From assembly GCA_011364925.1 (NCBI GenBank), contig RDOA01000057.1, positions 1 to 20,997 on the forward strand: a stretch of 20,997 nt of DNA. Reading direction: 5' to 3'. The position numbers and the translations under genes are program-made. Shown here in pieces: positions 1 through 9,393 of this stretch; the first letter of the stretch is position 1, and every line of letters begins with the position of its first letter. The notes under the pieces are model-generated. The model saw only the letters and a program-made list of their open reading frames with translations, had not been told where the DNA came from and did no database searches. The DNA comes from Promethearchaeota archaeon. GTDB taxonomy: Archaea > Asgardarchaeota > Lokiarchaeia > Sigyniarchaeales > SOKP01.

Positions 1-1
1 C

Positions 2-1591
2 AGTAGATCTTTTACATTTATAAAAAATAGAGGTACGCTAGAATGGTTATTCGATCCAAACGAGAGGATCAATCACACAATTCTATTAAGATTAAAGGGA
101 AGTAGCAGTAACGCGTTTAACATTTCAATAAACGATTTTGATGTAGAATTTTTATACCGGGATGTTAACGAATATTTAGTACTTAGCTCCAGAGTCATTT
201 ATAGATCAGCTAGTGGTTTGGTTGAGTACATTAGAACCTCGAATTCAATATCGTTGAGCACGATTAATATGGCGTCGATTGTAGCTTACGCTCGTCTTGA
301 TAAATACAACTCTTACGCGGGAGAAATAAACAATTACTCGCTAGTAATTAAAAATATAGGCTCATCTTTCGCAAGGAACATAAATATATCGTTGGCCATT
401 CCCGGAATTATCTACGATCCAATTAACTTCACAATAGAAAATGATTCGTTAAACTATAAATTAGCGGAGCTTCCAGCTACTGCAGAATCTATATTGAAAT
501 TTTCATTCTTTGTTCCTAATTCAATAATTATTAGTAATGTGACGATAAATTATAGCAACGATGAGATCGTTAAAAATATTAATTCTACCACTTTAAAAAG
601 CCATCCAAATGAAATTTATGTTGTAGCTCCAATTGATTATTTAGATCGCTTCCCTTTTATCAAAACTATCGAAATTTCCTATAATAGCTCGAATTTAGCA
701 CCGTTAATTAACGACGAACTAAATTTAACCATTTCTGTGAAAAACACTGGACCTGAAGGTTTAAATATCCAAAACATAACTTTTTCTATGAGTGACCAGT
801 TTGGTAGCCTTATTCCAATGAATACTTCTCCTTTAACAATCCCCAAAATTATGTATAACACATCTGAAATACTCACACTTAACCTAAAAAAAATAGAATG
901 GAGAGGTTACTATTATGCCCCAATTAATTTCTTTAATGCTCCCGAGCAAAATACCGTCCAGATCGCATCCTCTAAACCAATTGTAATGGGATATTTTAAC
1001 TTTCTTATAACAAAGTCAGTGGACAAAAATCAGATCGAAATTGAAGATTCTATCACAGTAAATATAACTGTAGTTAATATTGGGAATATTTGTGCTAAAA
1101 ACGTAACGTTAAACGATGCAACAAGCTTCACAGGTATTGAGTTTTCTTTAATAAGCGGAAGTTTGATTTATACAATTCCAACCATCCATCCTGGAGAAAA
1201 GGTAACATTTTTCTATAAAATTCAAGCTATAAGACAAACTTTAGTAGCATTAAAACCCGCTGTGATCGAATATTACTATTTAGTAGAAAGAAAAGCAGTA
1301 TCGAATACAATCGTGGTAAAAATCGCAATTCCGAAGCTTATAATGATCTCATTCGTTTTAGGTCCAGCATTAGCATCGCTTATTGCTTTATTCATTTTTA
1401 TTTGGCAAACTCGAAGATATAAAGCGAGAAAATACGAACTTCAGAGAAATGAGTTAACACTTTTCAAGGTTTCTAAGAGCGAAGCAGTATTAAAAGTAGA
1501 AAATACCTTAAGAGATAGATTAAATTTGATCTCTAAAGGGAAAGAAAAGATAAAAAATGAAGATAATGAGGGAGGTAACACAAAGAATTGA
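2..1591 (+). CDS. 5'-truncated single-pass membrane/surface protein with repeated DUF11/CARDB-like Ig domains; last domain plus TM helix is TRAP-beta-like
   Basis: The frame is open from base 2 (SRSFTFIKNRG...SASGLVEY), so the start lies upstream of the window and 218 is not the real start. Three 'xxIxNxG' Ig-like modules (LVIKNIGSSFARNI, ISVKNTGPE, ITVVNIGNICAKNV). C-terminal TM (LIMISFVLGPALASLIALFIFIW) followed by a basic tail. Many NxS/T sequons before the TM and none after it. Confidence 0.8.
   Translation, partial: SRSFTFIKNRGTLEWLFDPNERINHTILLRLKGSSSNAFNISINDFDVEFLYRDVNEYLVLSSRVIYRSASGLVEYIRTSNSISLSTINMASIVAYARLDKYNSYAGEINNYSLVIKNIGSSFARNINISLAIPGIIYDPINFTIENDSLNYKLAELPATAESILKFSFFVPNSIIISNVTINYSNDEIVKNINSTTLKSHPNEIYVVAPIDYLDRFPFIKTIEISYNSSNLAPLINDELNLTISVKNTGPEGLNIQNITFSMSDQFGSLIPMNTSPLTIPKIMYNTSEILTLNLKKIEWRGYYYAPINFFNAPEQNTVQIASSKPIVMGYFNFLITKSVDKNQIEIEDSITVNITVVNIGNICAKNVTLNDATSFTGIEFSLISGSLIYTIPTIHPGEKVTFFYKIQAIRQTLVALKPAVIEYYYLVERKAVSNTIVVKIAIPKLIMISFVLGPALASLIALFIFIWQTRRYKARKYELQRNELTLFKVSKSEAVLKVENTLRDRLNLISKGKEKIKNEDNEGGNTKN
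1571..1576 (+). promoter_or_regulatory. Shine-Dalgarno-like GGAGGT for the subtilase TTG start
   Basis: GGAGGT lies 11 nt upstream of TTG 1588, which overlaps the upstream TGA stop (TTGA), suggesting translational coupling. Confidence 0.6.
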
Positions 1592-4500
1592 AAGGATTAA
1601 AAAGATTTTCTATAAAATTGATAGTATTAATTCTTTTAACTATTAGTCCGGTAATTCTTTCAAATCTATTCCTTGAAAATAATAAGTCATTACTTACTAC
1701 AATTCAGATAGATAAAGAAAAAAAATTACATACATCTTATGCTAATGAAACTGCTGTAATCGTTTTTTTTAACGAATCAACATACAACATAGCTGCTGTA
1801 AACCGTTTTGAATTCTATGGTGGTTCGCTAAAAGAAAATGAAAATTGGAATGGATTATTTAATAACTTTTCAGGTTTTGCTGGAAGTATTCCTACAGAAA
1901 ATATCACATCTTTTAGAAATGAGTTCCCCGATATCAACATTGATCTTGACGAGATTGTTGATGTTCAAATGAATTACGCTAGCGTTCAAATCCAATCAAT
2001 CAATTCCACTTGGTATGTAAATGGGTATAATGGGATACCAAGTTCTAGTATAGCAGTTTTAGACAGCGGTGTGAACCCCAACCAAGATTTTCTGCAAGGA
2101 AAAATAAGTGGTTGGCAAAATTTTGTTGATCAAAAACCCATTTCCGATGATAATGGCCATGGAACTTTTATTTCTTCCGTTATAGCAGGGACTGGTTTGT
2201 TAAGTAATAGCTCTAGCATACCTTCACAAGTAAATTTATACGGAAATTACTCCCACTTAGATTTATTTAAAGACTATTTACCATCCCAAAATTATACTTT
2301 AAAAGTTTTTACGACAAATTTCTCTAGAGCAAATTCGAAAATTACAGTAAATACAACTGTTAATTTTAATCCAAGTGAGATTGATCAATTTTGGATTGAA
2401 TTATATAATGCAACACAGTTAGTCAATTCGACAAATATACAAATTCCTAACCAATTCTATTCACTAAACCATAAAATTCACTCCTCCGATCTAGGAATTT
2501 ACGATTTATTCATTACATATCATAAAAAAGGGAATACAATTCCGTTATTCTCATTTAATTCTTCAGTTCACTATTATCCCGAAGCCTACTATTCAAACTA
2601 TAACCACTTTACCGGGATTGCTAATGCTACTAATATTTTGGCATATAAAGTTGTAAATCAATCTGGAATCGGTTATGTTTCAGATTTAATATCGGCAATG
2701 GGGAGTGTAATTCAAAATAGAACAAATCATCGAATTATAACTGTTTGTCTAAGTGTTGGTACTTTAGGAGACGATGTTTCAGCAATTAACGCTGTAATTA
2801 ACGAAGTTATTGAAAACCACATATTAGTAGTAATTGCGGCGGGGAATAATGGAATTCAAGGCACCGATCCCTTTAATAGGCTAGGTACAAACAAAAAGGC
2901 TATTGTAGTAGGGGCAATTAATGATAAAGATCAGGTTACGTCTTATAGTAGTATGGGTCGAGGCGTTGGAAGTAATGTTCTAAAACCAGATATAGTTGCG
3001 CCCGGAGGGAGTACTATTCCTCACCATCGTTCAATAATCAGTGCCGATGGTAAGTCGAATAAAGCTACAGCATTGACTGGAACCTCCATATCGACTGCTA
3101 TTGTCTCAGCCGTAATTAACATTTTAATCGAAGCCAAATGGGGTACTTGGGCAGGATGGAATAGCCAAGATTTATCAAAGTGGGTTAAAATCATAAAAGC
3201 TATATTATTAATGACTGCTTCAGAAACTAATATGGAAAGAGAGGATGATCCACTAACTCAAAAAGACGAAAGTAATTATTCTCCGTCATTATTTAATGGA
3301 CTTTTGAATAGTTTAAAAGACACGCATGAAGGGTATGGCCGTTTGAACGTTCAAGCAGCTATTGATGCTTTAACTAAAACTATTGAACCAAATGTATCAG
3401 TTTCTGGCGACTTAACAAGCTCAGGAATAAATCCTTTAGGCAATCATGTTTTTGCAAGAAAGATAAGATTAGAAGAAAATGTACAATATTTATTTGAATT
3501 AAATGATGTAGATGCTGGTACTGATTTAGACTTGTTTTTATTCTCTAATGCATCAAATCAATTTGGAGAACCTATTTTATTAGAAGCGGGACAAAAGTGG
3601 TATGGTGATTTTAATTACTTTTATTTTACACCAAAATACAATCAAACAGAGTGTATTGTAATTGTTAAAGCAATAAACGGTAAGAGTAGTTTTCAATTAA
3701 ATATAACTACTGTTCCAAACAATTTTGCTCCTGAACTTAAAGTTCCTACTATTACATTTTTCGGCGGATCAAAAAATGATACCGTCATTAGTCTTCAAGA
3801 ATACTATGGAAATAACCCCGAAAAAAATTATACTATTGATAGCTACTGGTTTTATATAGACTATTTTGATAATGATTCTTCTAATGTGCCCCCTCAAGAG
3901 GTATATGTATCGATCATAGAAACTGCTGAAAATTACAGTCTATCTCAATTAATTGCGTTTGATAATAATTACACGGATGGGGCTGTTTTTAGAAGCGAGC
4001 AAATAAAATTCCCAATTCCCGGCACTTATCACTACTATTTTACTGCTAGCGACGGTTCTCATAAAGTTAGATACCCTTTGGTAGGAGAGATAAGCATTAC
4101 TATTGAATTCCCGAGTGATAGTATACAATTTCCTTACACACACGATTTTAATGAGGGTTATAATGGTTGGGTTTATAACGGAACAGGTTGGGGGGTATTA
4201 ACTCAAAATAATCAAAATGATGATAGATCTTACCTTTATTCTGGTGATTGGTTAGCTATGTATTTTGGGAGAGAACACAATTATCCTTCAGATTACACTT
4301 ATCAGCCTACTATTGTAACAGATCCCTTCCCGAATGGTACTTTGAGAAGTCCATTATTCAATATAACGCAAGTTAATCAAAATACCACCCAGGTTTTTGC
4401 TAAATTTGGATTAAGAATTAGTATTAATGCGGGAGATTTTATTAGGTTACAAATTAATCCAAATTGGACGGGATGGGTTACGTTGAAAACATACTCCGAC

Positions 4501-6393
4501 GAAGAAAGCGAATGGTTCCTTGAAGAAATAAACATAACTCAGTATATTGGAAATTTTGTACAATTTCGATTTGTAGCAGCAATTGACGACCAGTACGACC
4601 CATTACAATATAAAGGATTGATGCTAAGTTATTTTGCGCTAGAAAATTACACAAATTCTTATTCCCCTGAAATAGAATTTAATTTTAACGAAGATTTGTC
4701 CGCAAACCAGGGATTTAAATATGATCGCCTCACATTCTCTTGTCGATATTATGATATTGATGGAAATTATCCCAAATTTGTATCTCTTGAAATAAACGAT
4801 GCAAATTATTCGATGATTAATATCTATGGAGCGTGGAATGCTTCTTTCAATTCTTTTCCCAACCGCGGGATTAAATTCGTTCGATCTATTGTTTTAGGCG
4901 AGTTTGAAAATCTTAAGTTTAGATTTCATGCATCTGATGGGAGGTTTCTAAACACAACAAGATATTACAATCAAGATAATTCGCTCTTTAACTTTATTAT
5001 TCCTCCCTATTTAGAATTTAACATAAATCAGAGTAATACTTTAATTGGTTATGAGTTTTCTAGCGATGATCTATCAGATTATTATATAATAGGAACACCT
5101 AATCAAAACGAATTGACATCATGGTTAAGGGGGGATAATACCTGGCATCTTTTCTCGCGGTTTAATCAGTCTTACGTTTATGGAGGATTAGGTCAAAGTT
5201 TTGGTAGTTTAAGTCAAGGATACGGGATAAATTGGGACGCACAACTTATAACGCATCTTTTATATGTTCCTGATGATCATGATGTGTATTTGAGATATTC
5301 TTACGAGATTTCTTTACAAAACGAATTTTTCTTGGGAAGAGAGGAATTAGATAAGTGTACGGTCTCTCTATCTCAAAATTATGGTGAAGATTGGGTTGAT
5401 CTTGCGGAATACTTCTATGATTCTGAGTCCCTTTCTGGAAATGAATCTTTAGATCTCTCAAAATATTCAAATTCAATAATTTTGATTAAATTTACTTTGT
5501 ATTCAAATAATGTTACATTAGGATTAGGTAATGGATGGTTACTTTCTAATTTATATATTGGATACGATAAATCCACTGACTTTGTTTCTCCAAGTATCGA
5601 ATTTATTGAACCTTCAGAGGGTGAAACAGTTAGTTCAATTACCCCTATACATGCCAATCTTAGTGATAACGTTGAATTAGACGATTCAAGAGTATATATC
5701 TATTTGAACAATAAAATGGTTGACAGAAGTCTGCTCGATTTTAATATCGAAACGGGATTATTATCATTCAACTGGGATACGCCTTTATATTCCAACGGTC
5801 AATATCAGATCACTGTTGTTGCGTACGATACTGAAGGAAACAGAGCCGAAGCGTCTATCAGTGTTAAAGTCGAGAATGGGTTTATAAATTTACGAACATG
5901 GGGTCCATGGCTTCTAATTATAGCAAGCCTTATTATTATTGGAGTAGTAGTGTATTATATCGCTGAAAGGAGGGGAAACATCCTGTTTAAAAACCGTAAA
6001 GCTATTAACGCTGAGAAAATTAGATTAAGTCAAATTGATAAAGATCAAGCTATCAAGAGGATAGAGTTAATAGAGAGTTACGAAGAAGCGGGAAAACCTC
6101 TCACACTTCATTGTAAGTTTTGTAAATCGTGGTTTGAGGCAGATAAATTTAATTACTTCTGTCCTGTATGCGACCATGACCAAATTTATGTAGCATATAA
6201 TTGTATCAATTGTGGAAAATGGTATTTTAAAGACGATCCCAGCAGTAAATATTATTGTAAAAACAAAAATTGTAAAGGAATTAGATTGGTTAGACGAGAA
6301 AAAGTTGAAGTCCAAGAAATTTTAAGTAAAGATGGAATCTTTTTAAGAAAATATGAACCAAGAAAGAAGAAATTCAGTATTTTAGATTCATAG
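1588..6393 (+). CDS. Membrane-anchored S8 (subtilisin-like) serine peptidase with Ig-like and MAM/jelly-roll-like ectodomains and a C-terminal double zinc ribbon
   Basis: N-terminal signal/anchor (KRFSIKLIVLILLTISPVIL) and a propeptide-like segment. Catalytic motifs IAVLDSG (D159), NGHGT (H191), AAGNNG (N420), KPDIVAPG and GTSIS (S500). TM helix WLLIIASLIIIGVVVYYIA at about 5908-5964, then CKFC/CPVC/CINC/CKNKNC. Confidence 0.9.
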   Translation: MKGLKRFSIKLIVLILLTISPVILSNLFLENNKSLLTTIQIDKEKKLHTSYANETAVIVFFNESTYNIAAVNRFEFYGGSLKENENWNGLFNNFSGFAGSIPTENITSFRNEFPDINIDLDEIVDVQMNYASVQIQSINSTWYVNGYNGIPSSSIAVLDSGVNPNQDFLQGKISGWQNFVDQKPISDDNGHGTFISSVIAGTGLLSNSSSIPSQVNLYGNYSHLDLFKDYLPSQNYTLKVFTTNFSRANSKITVNTTVNFNPSEIDQFWIELYNATQLVNSTNIQIPNQFYSLNHKIHSSDLGIYDLFITYHKKGNTIPLFSFNSSVHYYPEAYYSNYNHFTGIANATNILAYKVVNQSGIGYVSDLISAMGSVIQNRTNHRIITVCLSVGTLGDDVSAINAVINEVIENHILVVIAAGNNGIQGTDPFNRLGTNKKAIVVGAINDKDQVTSYSSMGRGVGSNVLKPDIVAPGGSTIPHHRSIISADGKSNKATALTGTSISTAIVSAVINILIEAKWGTWAGWNSQDLSKWVKIIKAILLMTASETNMEREDDPLTQKDESNYSPSLFNGLLNSLKDTHEGYGRLNVQAAIDALTKTIEPNVSVSGDLTSSGINPLGNHVFARKIRLEENVQYLFELNDVDAGTDLDLFLFSNASNQFGEPILLEAGQKWYGDFNYFYFTPKYNQTECIVIVKAINGKSSFQLNITTVPNNFAPELKVPTITFFGGSKNDTVISLQEYYGNNPEKNYTIDSYWFYIDYFDNDSSNVPPQEVYVSIIETAENYSLSQLIAFDNNYTDGAVFRSEQIKFPIPGTYHYYFTASDGSHKVRYPLVGEISITIEFPSDSIQFPYTHDFNEGYNGWVYNGTGWGVLTQNNQNDDRSYLYSGDWLAMYFGREHNYPSDYTYQPTIVTDPFPNGTLRSPLFNITQVNQNTTQVFAKFGLRISINAGDFIRLQINPNWTGWVTLKTYSDEESEWFLEEINITQYIGNFVQFRFVAAIDDQYDPLQYKGLMLSYFALENYTNSYSPEIEFNFNEDLSANQGFKYDRLTFSCRYYDIDGNYPKFVSLEINDANYSMINIYGAWNASFNSFPNRGIKFVRSIVLGEFENLKFRFHASDGRFLNTTRYYNQDNSLFNFIIPPYLEFNINQSNTLIGYEFSSDDLSDYYIIGTPNQNELTSWLRGDNTWHLFSRFNQSYVYGGLGQSFGSLSQGYGINWDAQLITHLLYVPDDHDVYLRYSYEISLQNEFFLGREELDKCTVSLSQNYGEDWVDLAEYFYDSESLSGNESLDLSKYSNSIILIKFTLYSNNVTLGLGNGWLLSNLYIGYDKSTDFVSPSIEFIEPSEGETVSSITPIHANLSDNVELDDSRVYIYLNNKMVDRSLLDFNIETGLLSFNWDTPLYSNGQYQITVVAYDTEGNRAEASISVKVENGFINLRTWGPWLLIIASLIIIGVVVYYIAERRGNILFKNRKAINAEKIRLSQIDKDQAIKRIELIESYEEAGKPLTLHCKFCKSWFEADKFNYFCPVCDHDQIYVAYNCINCGKWYFKDDPSSKYYCKNKNCKGIRLVRREKVEVQEILSKDGIFLRKYEPRKKKFSILDS

Positions 6394-6453
6394 AACCAAA
6401 ATCAGAAAAAGAGTGAGAAATTGAATTTACCGAATTTGATATTTCGATTAAGA

Positions 6454-9387
6454 ATGAAAATAAGATTACAATTCTTAAAACAAACTTGGTTGAATCTCAA
6501 AAAGGATCGTGCCAAAGCCATATTTGCCATAGCTGGAATAATGGTTTCATTAATTCTTTTGACTGCAATTGGAATGGTAAACGATTCAATGTCATATAAC
6601 TATATGAATATGATTACAAGCACGACAGGAAGTGCAGATATAATCATTTCTCAGAAACCCAAGACGGATCTAACTTACGACACTTTCTTCAATGAAACTA
6701 TTATTGATAACGAACTTTCTGGTATCGAGGGTGTAGACGAACTATTCCCTAGAATAATGATGCTTGTTAAAGTATCGTCATACAACACAGATGCTAATGG
6801 TACGTTACAAATTTATGGGCTAGATTTTATTAAAGAAGCTAGTAATGGAAATATGGGAGATTTAAAAATTGTAAACCAAAACGGTATCGAAACGGGAGAG
6901 ATTTATGTAGGCGAACCAGGAATGGGTGAATGCGTAATCTTATGGAAAGTAGCAGAACTCTTGAACGTAAGTTTAGGCGATTTGGTACATTTGAATTATC
7001 AAAACCACGATATTGACGTTGAAGTCGTAGCAATTTGCCAACAAGACTTAAAATTCACAGAATTAGAAAATGCTTTAATTTTACTTAATATAGAGCAGGC
7101 TCAATCTTTTTTAAATAAAGAAGGAGAGATTAATTTAGTTATGGGTACAATAAAAAACCCACAATCTATATATGTTGTAAGTGATATTGACTTTACTAAA
7201 AGAAAGATAAGAGAAATTGGCACGCGGATTCAACAGAGACTAGATCCAAACGAGTATACCGTTTCGATGGCAAAATTAGAAGAGCTTAATGCTCAACAGT
7301 TTATGCTTATTGGGATGACAATAATTTTCTGGTTCATTACTATAATATCGATGCTAATCACAGGAATTTTGATTAATTCCATTCTTTCTACTTCTACAGA
7401 AGAAAGGATAAGGGAATTTGGTATTTTAAGGGTCGTGGGAGGAAAGAAAACATTCCCCGTCAAAATGGTGATCTTTGAGGGTGTATTAATTGGCGTAATT
7501 GGATCACTTCTTGGTATTATTATCGGTTTAATCGGAACTCCACCAATAGTGAACTTTTTATTCATAGTAACGAATTTTCCAATTCAAAATATGGAATATG
7601 TAATCCAACCATTTACAATCGTTTTAGCTTTTTCCATTGGATCAATCGTGTCGTTAGTTATATCACTATTTCCAGCTTTTAAAACATCAAAACTGGATAT
7701 CATTAAATCGATCACTCCGTTTCATAAAAAAGAAGAAGGTTGGGAGGTAAAAAAGGAAGGTAGTGTGAATGTAAGAAATTTTTTGATGGGGAGCGCCCTT
7801 GCCACAATTGGTATGCTTGTTTTTATTCTGTTGCCCAGCATATTCGTTTCTGGGGAAATGATGATGGTAGCGGGACTTTTTATCGGTTTAATTGCAGCTA
7901 TTCTAATTGGAATGGTTTTTGCGTCAGTTGGAATTATCCCTCTTATTCAAAGCGTGCTCATAGGCGCTATAACCCCTTTTATTAAAAAATATGCTAATAT
8001 CATAAAGATTTCCCTTAAACGAAACAGAAGACGAAATACGAGCACAATTGTTATGTTTGCTATTAGTTTTTCTTTTATATTTTTTATAACAAGCGTCACA
8101 GAAATGGAGTCAAAAAACCTGTCAACAAACATACGGTTTCAGTATGGTTCTGATTTGGTTTTAATAAATCAGGGCTTAAATCCAGAAACCAATGCAATTA
8201 CTTATGATTTGTTCCAAGAACTTACATCTATAAAAGGAATAGAGCAAGTAACACTATCATTATATAACATGTTTGATATAACCTCTGTATTGTCTGCTAT
8301 TTTTGATTTTAGCCAAAGCGGAGGAGGTTTTGATGAAGAATCAATTAACGAAGCATTCATGAATATTTTTGAATTCTATACAGAACAAGCGCAAGAGAAA
8401 TATCAAGTAACTGCTGGTGATCTCTCTGCTATTGATGAAGTGGAAATAGGATTTATAGGAATCGAAAAAAATTACTATAATTTGATGGATAAAAATTTGA
8501 TGATTTGGAGTAGTCCTCAGAGTGGTTTTAATTATACCTTTACTCAGCTCTTTAAAGGGAATAACACTTGTATAATTGCTAAATCTCTTGCGACTGTATT
8601 TGGAGTAAGCGATGTAGGCGAATATATCCGCTTAACATTTTACGATCCTAAAATTGAAAATGATAAAGGAATTCCTATGAAATTCCAAGTTGTTGGTATT
8701 TCGGGTGGAATGCCCGGATATTACAATTTTAGATCATCTGAAGCTACTGCAGAAGGCGGAGGTATCATCGTATCGTTAGATAATTATATTCGTTTAATGA
8801 ATGTTGAAAATCCGTGGAGCCCTAATATGGTTGTGGATAAAACTTTTATTAAACTTATTGACAATTCTGAAGAAACAATTGAAACAACTAAAGATAATAT
8901 ACAGGATTTAGTTAGAGATAAAGATTTTTTCCTTGATGATGCTATTACCAAGGTAAAGTTAATGCAAGAGTTGTTTGATAGACAAAGTGCGTTGATGGAA
9001 GTGATTTTATGGTTTGCAATAGCAATAGCCATCTTCGGATTGGTTAGCACAATGTATGCAGTAATGTTAGAAAGGAAATTTGAAATAGGAATTTTACGAT
9101 CAATGGGTATGAAAACCAAGAATGTTAGAAATCTCTTTCTAATAGAGAGCATGATAATCATGTTAAGTAGTGGAACGATGGGTACAATAATAGGTACATA
9201 CTGTGCTTATTTAATGGAAACAAATCTTGGTCTCATTACAGAAATGCCAATCGTCTTTTCTATTCCCATTGATGTTTTATTTAGAGTATTTTCACTTTCT
9301 ATCTTCTTTGGAATCCTTGGTATTTATGTGATCTTAATAAAATTAAGTAGACAGTCTGTCATGGATATATTTCGCCAAACATTTTGA
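6454..9387 (+). CDS. FtsX/MacB-family (type VII) ABC transporter permease, internally duplicated
   Basis: Two halves, each with an N-terminal TM, a large extracytoplasmic domain and an FtsX motif (ERIREFGILRVVGG; ERKFEIGILRSMGM). ATG 6454 is preferred over TTG 6421, but the start is uncertain. Confidence 0.88.
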   Translation: MKIRLQFLKQTWLNLKKDRAKAIFAIAGIMVSLILLTAIGMVNDSMSYNYMNMITSTTGSADIIISQKPKTDLTYDTFFNETIIDNELSGIEGVDELFPRIMMLVKVSSYNTDANGTLQIYGLDFIKEASNGNMGDLKIVNQNGIETGEIYVGEPGMGECVILWKVAELLNVSLGDLVHLNYQNHDIDVEVVAICQQDLKFTELENALILLNIEQAQSFLNKEGEINLVMGTIKNPQSIYVVSDIDFTKRKIREIGTRIQQRLDPNEYTVSMAKLEELNAQQFMLIGMTIIFWFITIISMLITGILINSILSTSTEERIREFGILRVVGGKKTFPVKMVIFEGVLIGVIGSLLGIIIGLIGTPPIVNFLFIVTNFPIQNMEYVIQPFTIVLAFSIGSIVSLVISLFPAFKTSKLDIIKSITPFHKKEEGWEVKKEGSVNVRNFLMGSALATIGMLVFILLPSIFVSGEMMMVAGLFIGLIAAILIGMVFASVGIIPLIQSVLIGAITPFIKKYANIIKISLKRNRRRNTSTIVMFAISFSFIFFITSVTEMESKNLSTNIRFQYGSDLVLINQGLNPETNAITYDLFQELTSIKGIEQVTLSLYNMFDITSVLSAIFDFSQSGGGFDEESINEAFMNIFEFYTEQAQEKYQVTAGDLSAIDEVEIGFIGIEKNYYNLMDKNLMIWSSPQSGFNYTFTQLFKGNNTCIIAKSLATVFGVSDVGEYIRLTFYDPKIENDKGIPMKFQVVGISGGMPGYYNFRSSEATAEGGGIIVSLDNYIRLMNVENPWSPNMVVDKTFIKLIDNSEETIETTKDNIQDLVRDKDFFLDDAITKVKLMQELFDRQSALMEVILWFAIAIAIFGLVSTMYAVMLERKFEIGILRSMGMKTKNVRNLFLIESMIIMLSSGTMGTIIGTYCAYLMETNLGLITEMPIVFSIPIDVLFRVFSLSIFFGILGIYVILIKLSRQSVMDIFRQTF

Positions 9388-9393
9388 AGAATA

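Noticed and set aside
218-220. ORF-track start of the first CDS at TTG 218
   Set aside because: The frame is open back to base 2, so the gene begins upstream of the window.
679-9161. Short antisense ORFs in the track (679-876, 3949-4143, 5246-5476, 5415-5657, 6067-6315, 6839-7033, 7293-7565, 7947-8132, 8784-9161)
   Set aside because: All lie opposite long, motif-supported CDSs and have no recognisable motifs, so they are treated as shadow ORFs.
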